Shown: positions 40,597-49,009 of the stretch, in pieces
How the letters are laid out: each line of letters opens with the position of its first letter
Numbering within the stretch: position 1 is the first letter of the stretch
NCBI GenBank assembly: GCA_965116875.1
Contig: OZ220733.1
Coordinates: forward strand, 2,272,001-2,336,000
DNA length: 64,000 nucleotides
Direction: 5' to 3'
Source: Candidatus Latescibacterota bacterium
GTDB lineage: Bacteria; Latescibacterota; UBA2968; GCA-2709665
Translations under genes and position numbers: made by a program
The notes under the pieces: model-generated
Told to the model about the DNA's origin: nothing
Databases searched by the model: none
What the model saw: only the letters and a program-made list of their open reading frames with translations

Positions 40597-40876
40597 CTAG
40601 GCCGTGTGAACACGCACCTCTTGATCGAGCCTTCCAGATAGGGTGTCACGCGCGGCTTCAAGGTCGTACCGGGACTGCAGATTCATCCAGAACTGAGCTT
40701 CCATAGAAAAAAAGCGCCCCAGTCTCAAGGCCGTATCTGCAGTAACGCGCCGTTTTCCGTGTATGATCTCATTGATGCGGCGCGGCGGCACATTGATTGC
40801 CTTCGCCAGGTGATACTGACTCATCTGCTTCGGCTTGAGGAAATCTTCCAGCAGGATCTCGCCCGGATGGATCGGC
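40597..40876 (-). pseudogene. higA: 5'-truncated second copy of higA; higB partner absent
   Basis: Aligns to 37307-37586; homology stops at PIHPG; no start codon between it and an upstream in-frame TGA; internal ATG at 40824. Confidence 0.8.
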
Positions 40877-40942
40877 CTTAAACATGTGCTATGGCAGTGA
40901 CGTCAATACTCACATCGAAAAACTGCAAAAAGGGTATGCTCC

Positions 40943-41500
40943 ATGAAATCAACGTTCCTCATATTGACCGCGTGTCTTATGTCTCAGATCCTTTCGCCAT
41001 GTCACCCGTACGCCTCAGGTCGGCCGCAAGCCCGGAAGTCCGAACGGGTAGACAAAAGAATCGCCGCCTGGAGGCAGGCCATTCAAGGTGTATCGACAAA
41101 GGGCAAAAGAGTTCGTGTCAAAACACTTGCAGGGCCGATTGTTGGCTGGCTTGCGGAGGTGAATCAGGGAAGACTCGCAATTCTGACCAAACACGGTTTA
41201 AACCAGGTGCCGGTTTCTTCGATCAGAAAACTGGAAGTCAGCATTGAACGGCGCAGGAACACCATGGCCGGCATGCTGATCGGTGGGTTGCTGGCAATCG
41301 TGTTTCATCAAGGGCTGTACGTCCCCTGGGAATCGCAATACATCACCTATTTTTCTTTACCCATATTTGCCGCTTTCACTTGTTTCGGCGCTTCCAGAAT
41401 ATCGGACAAATGGGTGGAGATCCCCCCACGGCATCTCCACCTGGGGATAGCGCCAACGCGGCACAGCGGTCTGCGAGCGGCGCTCACGTTTGATTTCTAA
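40943..41500 (+). CDS. Exported hypothetical protein, family A C-terminal module only
   Basis: Signal peptide; IRKLEVSIERRRNTMAGMLIG and DKWVEIPPRHLHLGIAPTRHSGLRAALTFDF match 34265 and 38052 proteins. Confidence 0.78.
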   Translation: MKSTFLILTACLMSQILSPCHPYASGRPQARKSERVDKRIAAWRQAIQGVSTKGKRVRVKTLAGPIVGWLAEVNQGRLAILTKHGLNQVPVSSIRKLEVSIERRRNTMAGMLIGGLLAIVFHQGLYVPWESQYITYFSLPIFAAFTCFGASRISDKWVEIPPRHLHLGIAPTRHSGLRAALTFDF

Positions 41501-41653
41501 GTGCCCTCCGTCGCTTTCCCGGGCGTTGGTGAAAATTACGGTGTACGCAAATGTAGAAGCGTTCTGCAACCGGCCGTGAAAGCGTTCCATTGCTCCTGGG
41601 CAACACCAGATCAACACTTGCAATCGCAATCTTGGAGCGGAAGAAATCGCCGT

Positions 41654-42082
41654 ATGAAGCGCTCTGTCAATATCATTTTGATCTTCACGGTTCTTGCCCA
41701 GACAGTCGGATGTGGCACACAGCGCCATTTTTTTCGCGTGAGCCAGTACCCGGCCCATAGCGAGCAGGCTAGGATCAGACTGGAAATTCAGCGGAAGTTC
41801 AGAGAGTGGTCGGATGTTACAATAGTTGTCCGGGAGAGCGCCCGGAATCGCTTCAAGGAAAAGGTAATTGAATGTACAATCGAAAAAATCGGTACGGAGA
41901 TGCTGACCGTGATTCCCAGGAAGGAGTACTTCGGTGGTGAATCCAGGCGTCTGGCCGTACGTTATTCCGACATCGCAGGTATCGAATACCGCAGTACGGA
42001 CCCCTTGCTTGTCGCCGGGTGTGTCCTGACATCGTGGGTCATACTCCTGATTTACGGTGTCTCGCAAATTGAACTGGACTGA
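41654..42082 (+). CDS. Small lipoprotein, family B
   Basis: MKRSVNIILIFTVLAQTVGC; KVIECTIEKIG, YSDIAGIEYR; C-terminal TM helix. Confidence 0.75.
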   Translation: MKRSVNIILIFTVLAQTVGCGTQRHFFRVSQYPAHSEQARIRLEIQRKFREWSDVTIVVRESARNRFKEKVIECTIEKIGTEMLTVIPRKEYFGGESRRLAVRYSDIAGIEYRSTDPLLVAGCVLTSWVILLIYGVSQIELD

Positions 42083-42149
42083 CCGGATTAATACAGATAG
42101 TCGCCGGACCACGGAGTGCACGAATGAAACCAAAAGGCGGGAGGTATAC

Positions 42150-43409
42150 ATGAAACAGGTCGCATCAGTTCTGATCACAGTCGTTGTACTGGGTGCTTTC
42201 TGGGCCGGTCATTCGATTGCCGCACAACAGGATGCAGGGCTCGAGGTCGAAGGCAACGCATCAGCCGACACGCCCCGTACGGCAACCGCCGCTGAAGACG
42301 GTACAGACGAAGAGCAAACACCAAAGGAGACCGGTGCCGAGCAAGTATCCGAACAGTGGTCACGTGACATGGGCGTTTTGGTAATGTCGCGTGCGGACCT
42401 GGACGCCTCGAAGATTGTCAAGGGGTGGCACGCGCACGTCGTCTACGCATTGGAGGGCAGCCGCGAAACCGCGAACGGGCAGATTATCGGAAGAGACGCG
42501 GATGGCATCGTCGTCAGATCCGGACCGTGGGAATGGCCGAAAATCGCCTATGCGGTGATCGAGACACTCGCCGTCGCGCCGGACCGGCGGACCCTTGAGA
42601 GATGGCGAAAGGGCCGGGAAGCCGCAGATTACGTGACGGTCATGTATCGGAACGACCTCGATCCGTCGCAAATTGCGACAGGCTGGTATGCTCATGTGGT
42701 TTACACGGCGGATGGAAAGGAAAGCGCGGCGACCGGAGAGATTGCGGCGGTGGACTCCAATGGTGTCACAATCGAAACCGCGCCTCCCGTCAGGCGGCGG
42801 GGCTTCGCAAGACGAAGAAGCCTGCAGATTGCGTTCGAGGATATCATCGTGGTCGCCATTGCTGAAAAACGCGAAGCATTGGACGCGTGGCCGAAAACCG
42901 GCCTGGCCACCGGACTCGAAAACCGGAAGAGACCCTGGTGCGAAATCGGCGCGAACCTGCTTTCGGTCTTAATCCTGAAGGGCCAATCCGATGATACCGT
43001 GACGTTGGTCAACGGTGGGGGCGGAATGGCACGACTCATGCCGACCTTTTATATGTCCTCCTTCTTAACTGAGAGAATCTCCTTCGATTTTGGAATGTCC
43101 ATCACGTACCAGGCGACAACGGGCAGTCGCAATACAACCTTGCGGGTCGCACAGGGCGGTTTTGGTTTCTTCTCAAGGGGGTCGGCTTCGGAGTCACCGT
43201 ATTGCAGGATCCTGGCCACGACTCTTGACGGGGATTTTTTCGACTCCCGATTCGGGGGCGGGATCAGCCTGGGCACTCGCCACGTCTTCCGTAACGGCAT
43301 CGCTCTAAGGTACGAGGTGCAATACGTTCGATGGTTGGGGGAAGAATACGAACAGGCAAACCAGATCGGACTCCTCCTGAACGTTGGCGCGGTACTCGGC
43401 GGCAGATAG
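42150..43409 (+). CDS. Exported protein: two family A repeats fused to a putative outer-membrane beta-barrel
   Basis: GGAGG RBS; MSRADLDASKIVKGWHAHVVY and MYRNDLDPSQIATGWYAHVVY repeats; alternating beta-strand C-terminus. Confidence 0.78.
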   Translation: MKQVASVLITVVVLGAFWAGHSIAAQQDAGLEVEGNASADTPRTATAAEDGTDEEQTPKETGAEQVSEQWSRDMGVLVMSRADLDASKIVKGWHAHVVYALEGSRETANGQIIGRDADGIVVRSGPWEWPKIAYAVIETLAVAPDRRTLERWRKGREAADYVTVMYRNDLDPSQIATGWYAHVVYTADGKESAATGEIAAVDSNGVTIETAPPVRRRGFARRRSLQIAFEDIIVVAIAEKREALDAWPKTGLATGLENRKRPWCEIGANLLSVLILKGQSDDTVTLVNGGGGMARLMPTFYMSSFLTERISFDFGMSITYQATTGSRNTTLRVAQGGFGFFSRGSASESPYCRILATTLDGDFFDSRFGGGISLGTRHVFRNGIALRYEVQYVRWLGEEYEQANQIGLLLNVGAVLGGR

Positions 43410-43621
43410 CCGCCTCTGCGAGAGAGGGTCCCGGCGGACACAACATCTCGAATCGTTCCCGGGCTCCAGTGGCTTCGACCCATCGCTCACGAAAACGCAG
43501 CCGAAATCCGGAATCACGCACTGCAGCCCTGTTCCGGCGCTCACCATCAGTTCCTGTCCGGATGTGGCTCGAAAATTATACAGGTTCGACACCGCAATCG
43601 ATCCCATAGAGTGAGCAAAAA

Positions 43622-44656
43622 ATGAGACGCATTATTCTGGCAATACTCTGCGCGCTGTGCGCCTGTCCGCTGCCACGTCCAGGATACGCCCAGGAGACGC
43701 CAGACCCATTCACGGGATTCAACTTCATGTGGCAGCCTTTCAGCGCCCGCGACGAAGCGCTTGGCGCCACCGGGGTGGGTACCGTCGGAACCGCTATGGC
43801 CCTTATGTACAATCCGGCCGGGATCGCCTTCGTAGAGGGATTGGATGTGGGTTTCACGTTGGCGAACACAAACAGGAAACGCAACGACGTCTGGATCTCA
43901 GAGGAGCGAAGATCCGCGAACCTCGATTTTGATGAAAAGAACTACGTCGTCGGGTTTGCCGTGAATGCGGGGAAGAAATGGTCGCTCGGTCTTTCGGTGC
44001 AGACGTACGATCACGGTTTCGATGATGAAGACACAAGCCAGTATGCCGCATCCGGTGCCTGCGGCTGGAGGATTGCCGATCAGTTCGCGATTGGATCCGC
44101 CCTCAAGCTCATCCACGAGGCATTCACTGGCAGGAATGAAAACGTGTATGCGTTCGACCTGGGCGCGTATTACGTGTCGAAGTCCGGCAGTACAGTCATC
44201 GCGCTGGGCGCGCGGAATTTGACCGGCGGTTTCCTTGGCGAGCCGGCGGATTACCTCGTGCCAAAGCGTATCCGCGCCGGGGTACTCATCGACCTGGTTT
44301 CTGCCGTCGGTCTGGAGCCGTTTCCGCATTACCTGGATTTCGCGGCGGACCTATACAAACCGATCCGTTCGTTCGGACATACCGCGCTGCGCGTTGGAAT
44401 CGAATATACGTATCTGATGCGACGAGCGGAGGGCTATACACTCGGCATATCACTACGGGGAGGACACGCATCGCCGAATCCCATCGGATGGGGTTGCGGC
44501 CTGGAGTTCAGGTCTGCCGGCGGCCGGCGAATCGCCGTGGATTACGCCCGAAGAGGTCTGGGAGTTGGGGGCGATGAGGCCTTCATGCGCGCAATCATCA
44601 ATCAGGCGATCAAGGACGACGTCACGCAGTTGATAAGCATTTCGATTGATATGTAA
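43622..44656 (+). CDS. PorV/PorQ (FadL-like) outer-membrane beta-barrel protein
   Basis: Signal peptide; SARDEALG...ALMYNPAGIAF N-terminal motif; AFDLGAYY, LGARNL, LRVGIEY, VDYA strands. Confidence 0.7.
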   Translation: MRRIILAILCALCACPLPRPGYAQETPDPFTGFNFMWQPFSARDEALGATGVGTVGTAMALMYNPAGIAFVEGLDVGFTLANTNRKRNDVWISEERRSANLDFDEKNYVVGFAVNAGKKWSLGLSVQTYDHGFDDEDTSQYAASGACGWRIADQFAIGSALKLIHEAFTGRNENVYAFDLGAYYVSKSGSTVIALGARNLTGGFLGEPADYLVPKRIRAGVLIDLVSAVGLEPFPHYLDFAADLYKPIRSFGHTALRVGIEYTYLMRRAEGYTLGISLRGGHASPNPIGWGCGLEFRSAGGRRIAVDYARRGLGVGGDEAFMRAIINQAIKDDVTQLISISIDM

Positions 44657-44713
44657 AGGGATATGGCGCGATTTTGAGGCAGGTCATCCCGTTCAATTTG
44701 GACGGGCAAACCC

Positions 44714-44846
44714 GATGTCCGATTCGGAAATCGAGTTCTTCACAGCAGGCGGCAGAGGACTCGCTCTGGATTACGCCAACAGGCGTTTCAGCTGGTCCAT
44801 AGGAGACGAACGGATACACGTATTCAGCGTCGCATTGAATCTTTGA
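44714..44846 (+). pseudogene. Orphan C-terminal fragment of a PorV/PorQ-like paralog
   Basis: IEFFTAGGRGLALDYA...HVFSVALNL parallels LEFRSAGGRRIAVDYA...LISISIDM of the upstream gene. Confidence 0.6.
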
Positions 44847-44954
44847 GTGGACGGCTGGCAACCCCGTTGCATTGTGAGCCGCACAACACGCACAGAAGTC
44901 CGATTCGATGATCGATCGAGTTGTCATACTTCCACAGATTGGGGAGACTGAAGA

Positions 44955-45395
44955 GTGATACGCGGCATCAATATCGTCCTGATCGCAGCGATTCTGTCAC
45001 ATACGGTCGGTTGCAGTACTTGGAAACCTCTGGCTCGCACGAACGAGGCCTCCGAGGATGACAGACAGACCTATATGCGTGAGCAAGTGAAGGAGAGACT
45101 CAAGGAGGGTATGACTGTAAGAATAACAATCCGCGAGGGTACGCCTGCGCCAATCAGAGGGCAAGTAATCGAGTGCATAATCGAAGAGATAGGACAGGAG
45201 TCGCTGACCTTGATCCCCTTAACGGACCATATCCGCGGTACGGTCAAGAGAGAGTTCGCGTTGCGTTTTGCTGACATTGTGGACATCGAAAATCGTGAAT
45301 TCAATCATGGTCTAACTAACGCAACTATAGGCATGGCGGCTGGAGCTATGTTGGGCTTGGTGTTGTTTGCAATCGGACTCTCAGGGTTAGAGTAA
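44955..45395 (+). CDS. Small lipoprotein, family B
   Basis: SHTVGCSTWKPLA lipobox region; LKEGMTVRITIREGTPAPI.GQVIEC; C-terminal TM helix. Confidence 0.8.
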   Translation: MIRGINIVLIAAILSHTVGCSTWKPLARTNEASEDDRQTYMREQVKERLKEGMTVRITIREGTPAPIRGQVIECIIEEIGQESLTLIPLTDHIRGTVKREFALRFADIVDIENREFNHGLTNATIGMAAGAMLGLVLFAIGLSGLE

Positions 45396-45565
45396 TACTT
45401 ACGCGACGCCTACGCAGAAACTCCTCAAAAGCATGAATGGCGACACACCCCATTCGCGATCATCTTTCAGTCGTGCGTCCGTCATTTCCTGACAGTCGCG
45501 AAGAATTGCTTCCCCATGGCTTGGAACAGTGCCGTCACTCTGTCGAAATGTGAGGAGGCTTTAGG

Positions 45566-45988
45566 ATGATACGCGCCATCAGTATCGTCCTGACCGTAGC
45601 GATTGCGATGCAAACGGTCGGATGCAGTACATGGCAACCTCTGGCCCGCGTGAACGAAATCTCCGTGGAAAAGAGACAGTCTTCCATGCGAGAGCAAGTC
45701 CTGGAGAAACTCAAGGAAGGCATGCGTGTAAGGCTAAGAATTCGGCCCGGAACCCGTGCGCCGATCACGGGTCGAGTATTCGAGTGTGTGATTGAAAGGA
45801 TCGGGCACACGTCGCTGACCGTAATCCCTTACACGTCGTTTGGCTGGGGTGTTGAGATAACGCTGCGTTATGCTGACATTGTCAATATCGAATATCGTTC
45901 CGGTCGTGATTCAACTGGTCTTGTGGGCGGCGGCATAGTGGGTCTGTTGTTGAGTTATTTCCTTATTTTTCTGGTATATCGGGGCTGA
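45566..45988 (+). CDS. Small lipoprotein, family B
   Basis: QTVGCSTWQPLA; LKEGMRVRLRIRPG; YADIVNIEYR; C-terminal TM helix. Confidence 0.8.
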   Translation: MIRAISIVLTVAIAMQTVGCSTWQPLARVNEISVEKRQSSMREQVLEKLKEGMRVRLRIRPGTRAPITGRVFECVIERIGHTSLTVIPYTSFGWGVEITLRYADIVNIEYRSGRDSTGLVGGGIVGLLLSYFLIFLVYRG

Positions 45989-46019
45989 ATTCGACCAACT
46001 GTACTTCTGCCCTGTACAC

Positions 46020-46071
46020 CTGAAGTGTCGCACTTTTCGCGCCATGCGACCGCGACCGTCTCTCGAACTTC
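46020..46071. repeat. ~50-bp intergenic repeat, copy 1 (copy 2 at 47161-47212)
   Basis: CTGAAGT...CGCGC.ATGCGACCGCGACCG.C.CTCG.A.TTC downstream of two family B genes. Confidence 0.7.
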
Positions 46072-46163
46072 AACCCCGTGCCCAAAACTCGGCGCGAACG
46101 CGAACCGTTCTTTGGGATTGGGTCATTGTCGCCACTGAGTTGTAATGGTAAGGGGGCTTCGAA

Positions 46164-46613
46164 ATGATACGCGCCATCAGTATCATCCTGATCGTAGCGA
46201 TTGCGCTGCAGACGGTTGGCTGCAGTACCTGGAAACCCCTGGCTCGGGTGGACGCGGTCCCTGAGGATGACAGGCAATCTTCGATGCGAAAGCAGATTCT
46301 GGGGCGACTTACGGTGGGTATGCGTGCGAGGATAACGGTTCGCGAGGGTGCCCCTGCGCCGATCATTGGTCGAGTTATCGAATGCGTCATCGGAAAAGTC
46401 GGTCCAACGTCGCTGACGGTAGCCGCTTCGGCGCGATTCGTGTTTCCCGATAACTCGAGCCGGAGGGTAACGTTGCGTTATTCAGACATCGAGAGTGTCG
46501 AATACCAGGAATCGAATCGTGGATTTGGCGTTTTCGCGGCAGGCGTTGCAATCGGAACGTTAGCAGGCTTCTACCTCTTGATTCGTGCCATTGCCGGAAT
46601 TACGTTGGACTGA
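46164..46613 (+). CDS. Small lipoprotein, family B
   Basis: QTVGCSTWKPLA; GRVIECVI; YSDIESVEY; C-terminal TM helix. Confidence 0.8.
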   Translation: MIRAISIILIVAIALQTVGCSTWKPLARVDAVPEDDRQSSMRKQILGRLTVGMRARITVREGAPAPIIGRVIECVIGKVGPTSLTVAASARFVFPDNSSRRVTLRYSDIESVEYQESNRGFGVFAAGVAIGTLAGFYLLIRAIAGITLD

Positions 46614-46698
46614 CACGACAGCTGCGACGGAATTTTCGAAGCGCAGGTCCGACGGCGCCCAATGGCGTCTCTTTGTCTCGCTTTGAGGAGGCTGCAAA

Positions 46699-47139
46699 AT
46701 GATACGCTCGATCAATATCATCCTGATCGCGGCGATGGTGTTACAGACAGTCGGATGCAGCGCGTGGAAACCCCTGGCTCAGGTCAACCCGAACCCGGCC
46801 GACAACAGGCGAACTTCCATGCGAGAGGAAGTCTTGGGGAAACTCAAGGAAGGAATGGTTGTAAGGATAAGGATCCGCGAGGGCAGCCCTGCGCCGATTG
46901 AGGGTCAGGTTATCGAGTGTGTCATCGAAAAGGTCAGTCTGACATCGCTCACATTAACCCCCTTCGAGGGATATGCCCGCAGTAATGACGGAAATGAGTT
47001 TATGCTGCAATATACCGACATCGTCAGCATTGAATACCGCCAGGTTGGTGATGCAACCGTTCTTGTGGGAGGCGTTGTCGTCGGAGCGATTTTGGGTTTC
47101 TTCGGTATTGCGATTATTGCGTTCAACGAGCAGAAGTAG
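46699..47139 (+). CDS. Small lipoprotein, family B
   Basis: GAGGAGG RBS; QTVGCSAWKPLA; GQVIECVIEK; YTDIVSIEYR; C-terminal TM helix. Confidence 0.8.
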   Translation: MIRSINIILIAAMVLQTVGCSAWKPLAQVNPNPADNRRTSMREEVLGKLKEGMVVRIRIREGSPAPIEGQVIECVIEKVSLTSLTLTPFEGYARSNDGNEFMLQYTDIVSIEYRQVGDATVLVGGVVVGAILGFFGIAIIAFNEQK

Positions 47140-47540
47140 GAAGACTGCCGAACGCAATATCTGAAGTTCCGCCCTTTACGCGCAATGCGACCGCGACCGC
47201 CCCTCGGAATTCCTTCGCGGGTTGTCCTGTTGTCCATTTTCCGAACGATACCGAGGGCTTATCTCGGCGGGCCGCACCTGTCGACCGACACGATACCCCT
47301 TCCCTGACTCTCGCATTGATCCTTGGACGACCGGTGGAGGCCGTTTCGCTTTTGATTTGTCATCCGGCTGATTTCACCGTACCTTCACAGGCAATGATCG
47401 TAATCTAACCGACTTTTCACGAAACTGCCGGCGCACGTGTGATCGCGGAGACTCCCGTTTCCGGGATCAGGTGCGCAAAGTTACGTCCGGCTCGAACGCT
47501 GGAACCGGAGCGTCGTGGCGACAACAACCAGAAGGGGCTT

Positions 47541-48776
47541 ATGATGTATTGCAGATTTAATCTGTTTGCGGCGGCCATTGGCGTGCTCGCTTGCGCCGTT
47601 CCACGGCAGGTTGCGCAACCTCCGGCTCCCGAATCCAAACCGTCGATGATTCCCGACAAACAGTTGCGTGCGGTCTTGAGGGATAGCCTGAATAAGGCCG
47701 CTGGCGAGCCGATCACGGCCGCCGATCTGGCGGGACTGTCTCGTCTGACGGCACAGAATGACCGTATCGCGAGGGTCGACGGGCTTGAGCACGCAAAGAA
47801 CCTGGTATCGCTGAATCTTGACGGCAACGACATCACCGATCTTTCGCCCCTTTCGAGGCTGGCAAAGCTGAAAAGACTGCGACTGGATGGCAACCGCATC
47901 AGCGATATTACGCCACTATCCGGGATGAAAAACCTCGAAAGGCTGTATCTCGGCGACAACGGCATCGATGACGTGGCGCCGCTTGCCGGGCTGGCCAATC
48001 TGAAGCGGCTGCGTCTTGAAGGCAATGGCATCAGCGACGTCGCGCCGCTGACCGGGCTGAAGAATCTCAGAGAACTCGACCTTGACAACAACGGGATCAG
48101 CGAGTTGTCGCCCTTGTCCGGCCTCGTCAATCTGACCGGATTGCGCCTGGAGGGAAACGGAATCAGCGACCTCAAGCCGCTGGCCGGACTGAAGAACCTG
48201 AAGGAACTGGACCTTGACGGCAACGGGATCAGTAACGTCGCGCCATTGTCCGGACTGGCCAACCTGACGGGGCTCCGTCTCGACAGCAACGGAATCAGCG
48301 ACCTGAAGCCGCTGGCCGGGCTGAAGAATCTGAAAGACCTGGACCTCGACCGAAACGCCATCGTTAACCTGGCGCCGCTGTCCGGATTGACCGGTCTGAG
48401 GCGTCTGTATGCGGAAAGGAACGCAATCAGCAGTCTGACAGCGCTTTCCGGTCTGATTCATCTGGTGAGGCTGAATCTCGGGCACAACGGTATCACCGAC
48501 ATTTCGTCTCTCGCGGGCCTGGCCGAACTCGAACATCTGTACCTGGACAACAACGCCGTCAACGATATTCAGCCGTTAACGGGGAAGAATGCCCTGCAGA
48601 CCCTGGACCTCGCACACAACCGCGTAATGGACCTGTCGCACGTTGCCGGGCTCGTGAACCTGACCAGGCTGATTGTCCGAGGAAACCCTCTGTCAAAGCA
48701 ATCGATACAGAACCTGATCCCTGAATTCCGGAAAAGAGGGATGCGGGTGGCCTGGGAGAAGCCGAAAGCGGAATGA
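47541..48776 (+). CDS. Internalin-type leucine-rich repeat protein, probable lipoprotein
   Basis: VLAC lipobox-like; IPDKQLRAVL cap; about 15 tandem 22-aa LxxLxLxxNxIxDLxPLxGLxN repeats; GNPLS cap. Confidence 0.92.
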   Translation: MMYCRFNLFAAAIGVLACAVPRQVAQPPAPESKPSMIPDKQLRAVLRDSLNKAAGEPITAADLAGLSRLTAQNDRIARVDGLEHAKNLVSLNLDGNDITDLSPLSRLAKLKRLRLDGNRISDITPLSGMKNLERLYLGDNGIDDVAPLAGLANLKRLRLEGNGISDVAPLTGLKNLRELDLDNNGISELSPLSGLVNLTGLRLEGNGISDLKPLAGLKNLKELDLDGNGISNVAPLSGLANLTGLRLDSNGISDLKPLAGLKNLKDLDLDRNAIVNLAPLSGLTGLRRLYAERNAISSLTALSGLIHLVRLNLGHNGITDISSLAGLAELEHLYLDNNAVNDIQPLTGKNALQTLDLAHNRVMDLSHVAGLVNLTRLIVRGNPLSKQSIQNLIPEFRKRGMRVAWEKPKAE

Positions 48777-49009
48777 CCTGCCGGAAGGACCCGCGGCGCT
48801 ACCTGGGACGGGACCCATGTGTTCAGGCAACAACCCGGATTCGGTAATTCAACAATAAATAATGTCAAGCGGAATGCCTCGCCCGTGTGGAACAGAAGCT
48901 CTCGGGTCGGATTTCAGTTAGCGACCGGTAAGGAAAGGCGCTGCCGGCAGCGAAACTTGATAAGTTTATGCGCTGCGCAAGACCCGGATTGGAATGGAAA
49001 GCGATTGAT

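Noticed and set aside
34265-47139. Diversity-generating retroelement behind the paralog variation
   Set aside because: No reverse transcriptase in the window, and differences between repeats are not adenine-specific.
44900-47300. Family B array as integron cassettes
   Set aside because: I found no RYYYAAC...GTTRRRY attC-type palindromes and no integrase; the genes are paralogs of each other.
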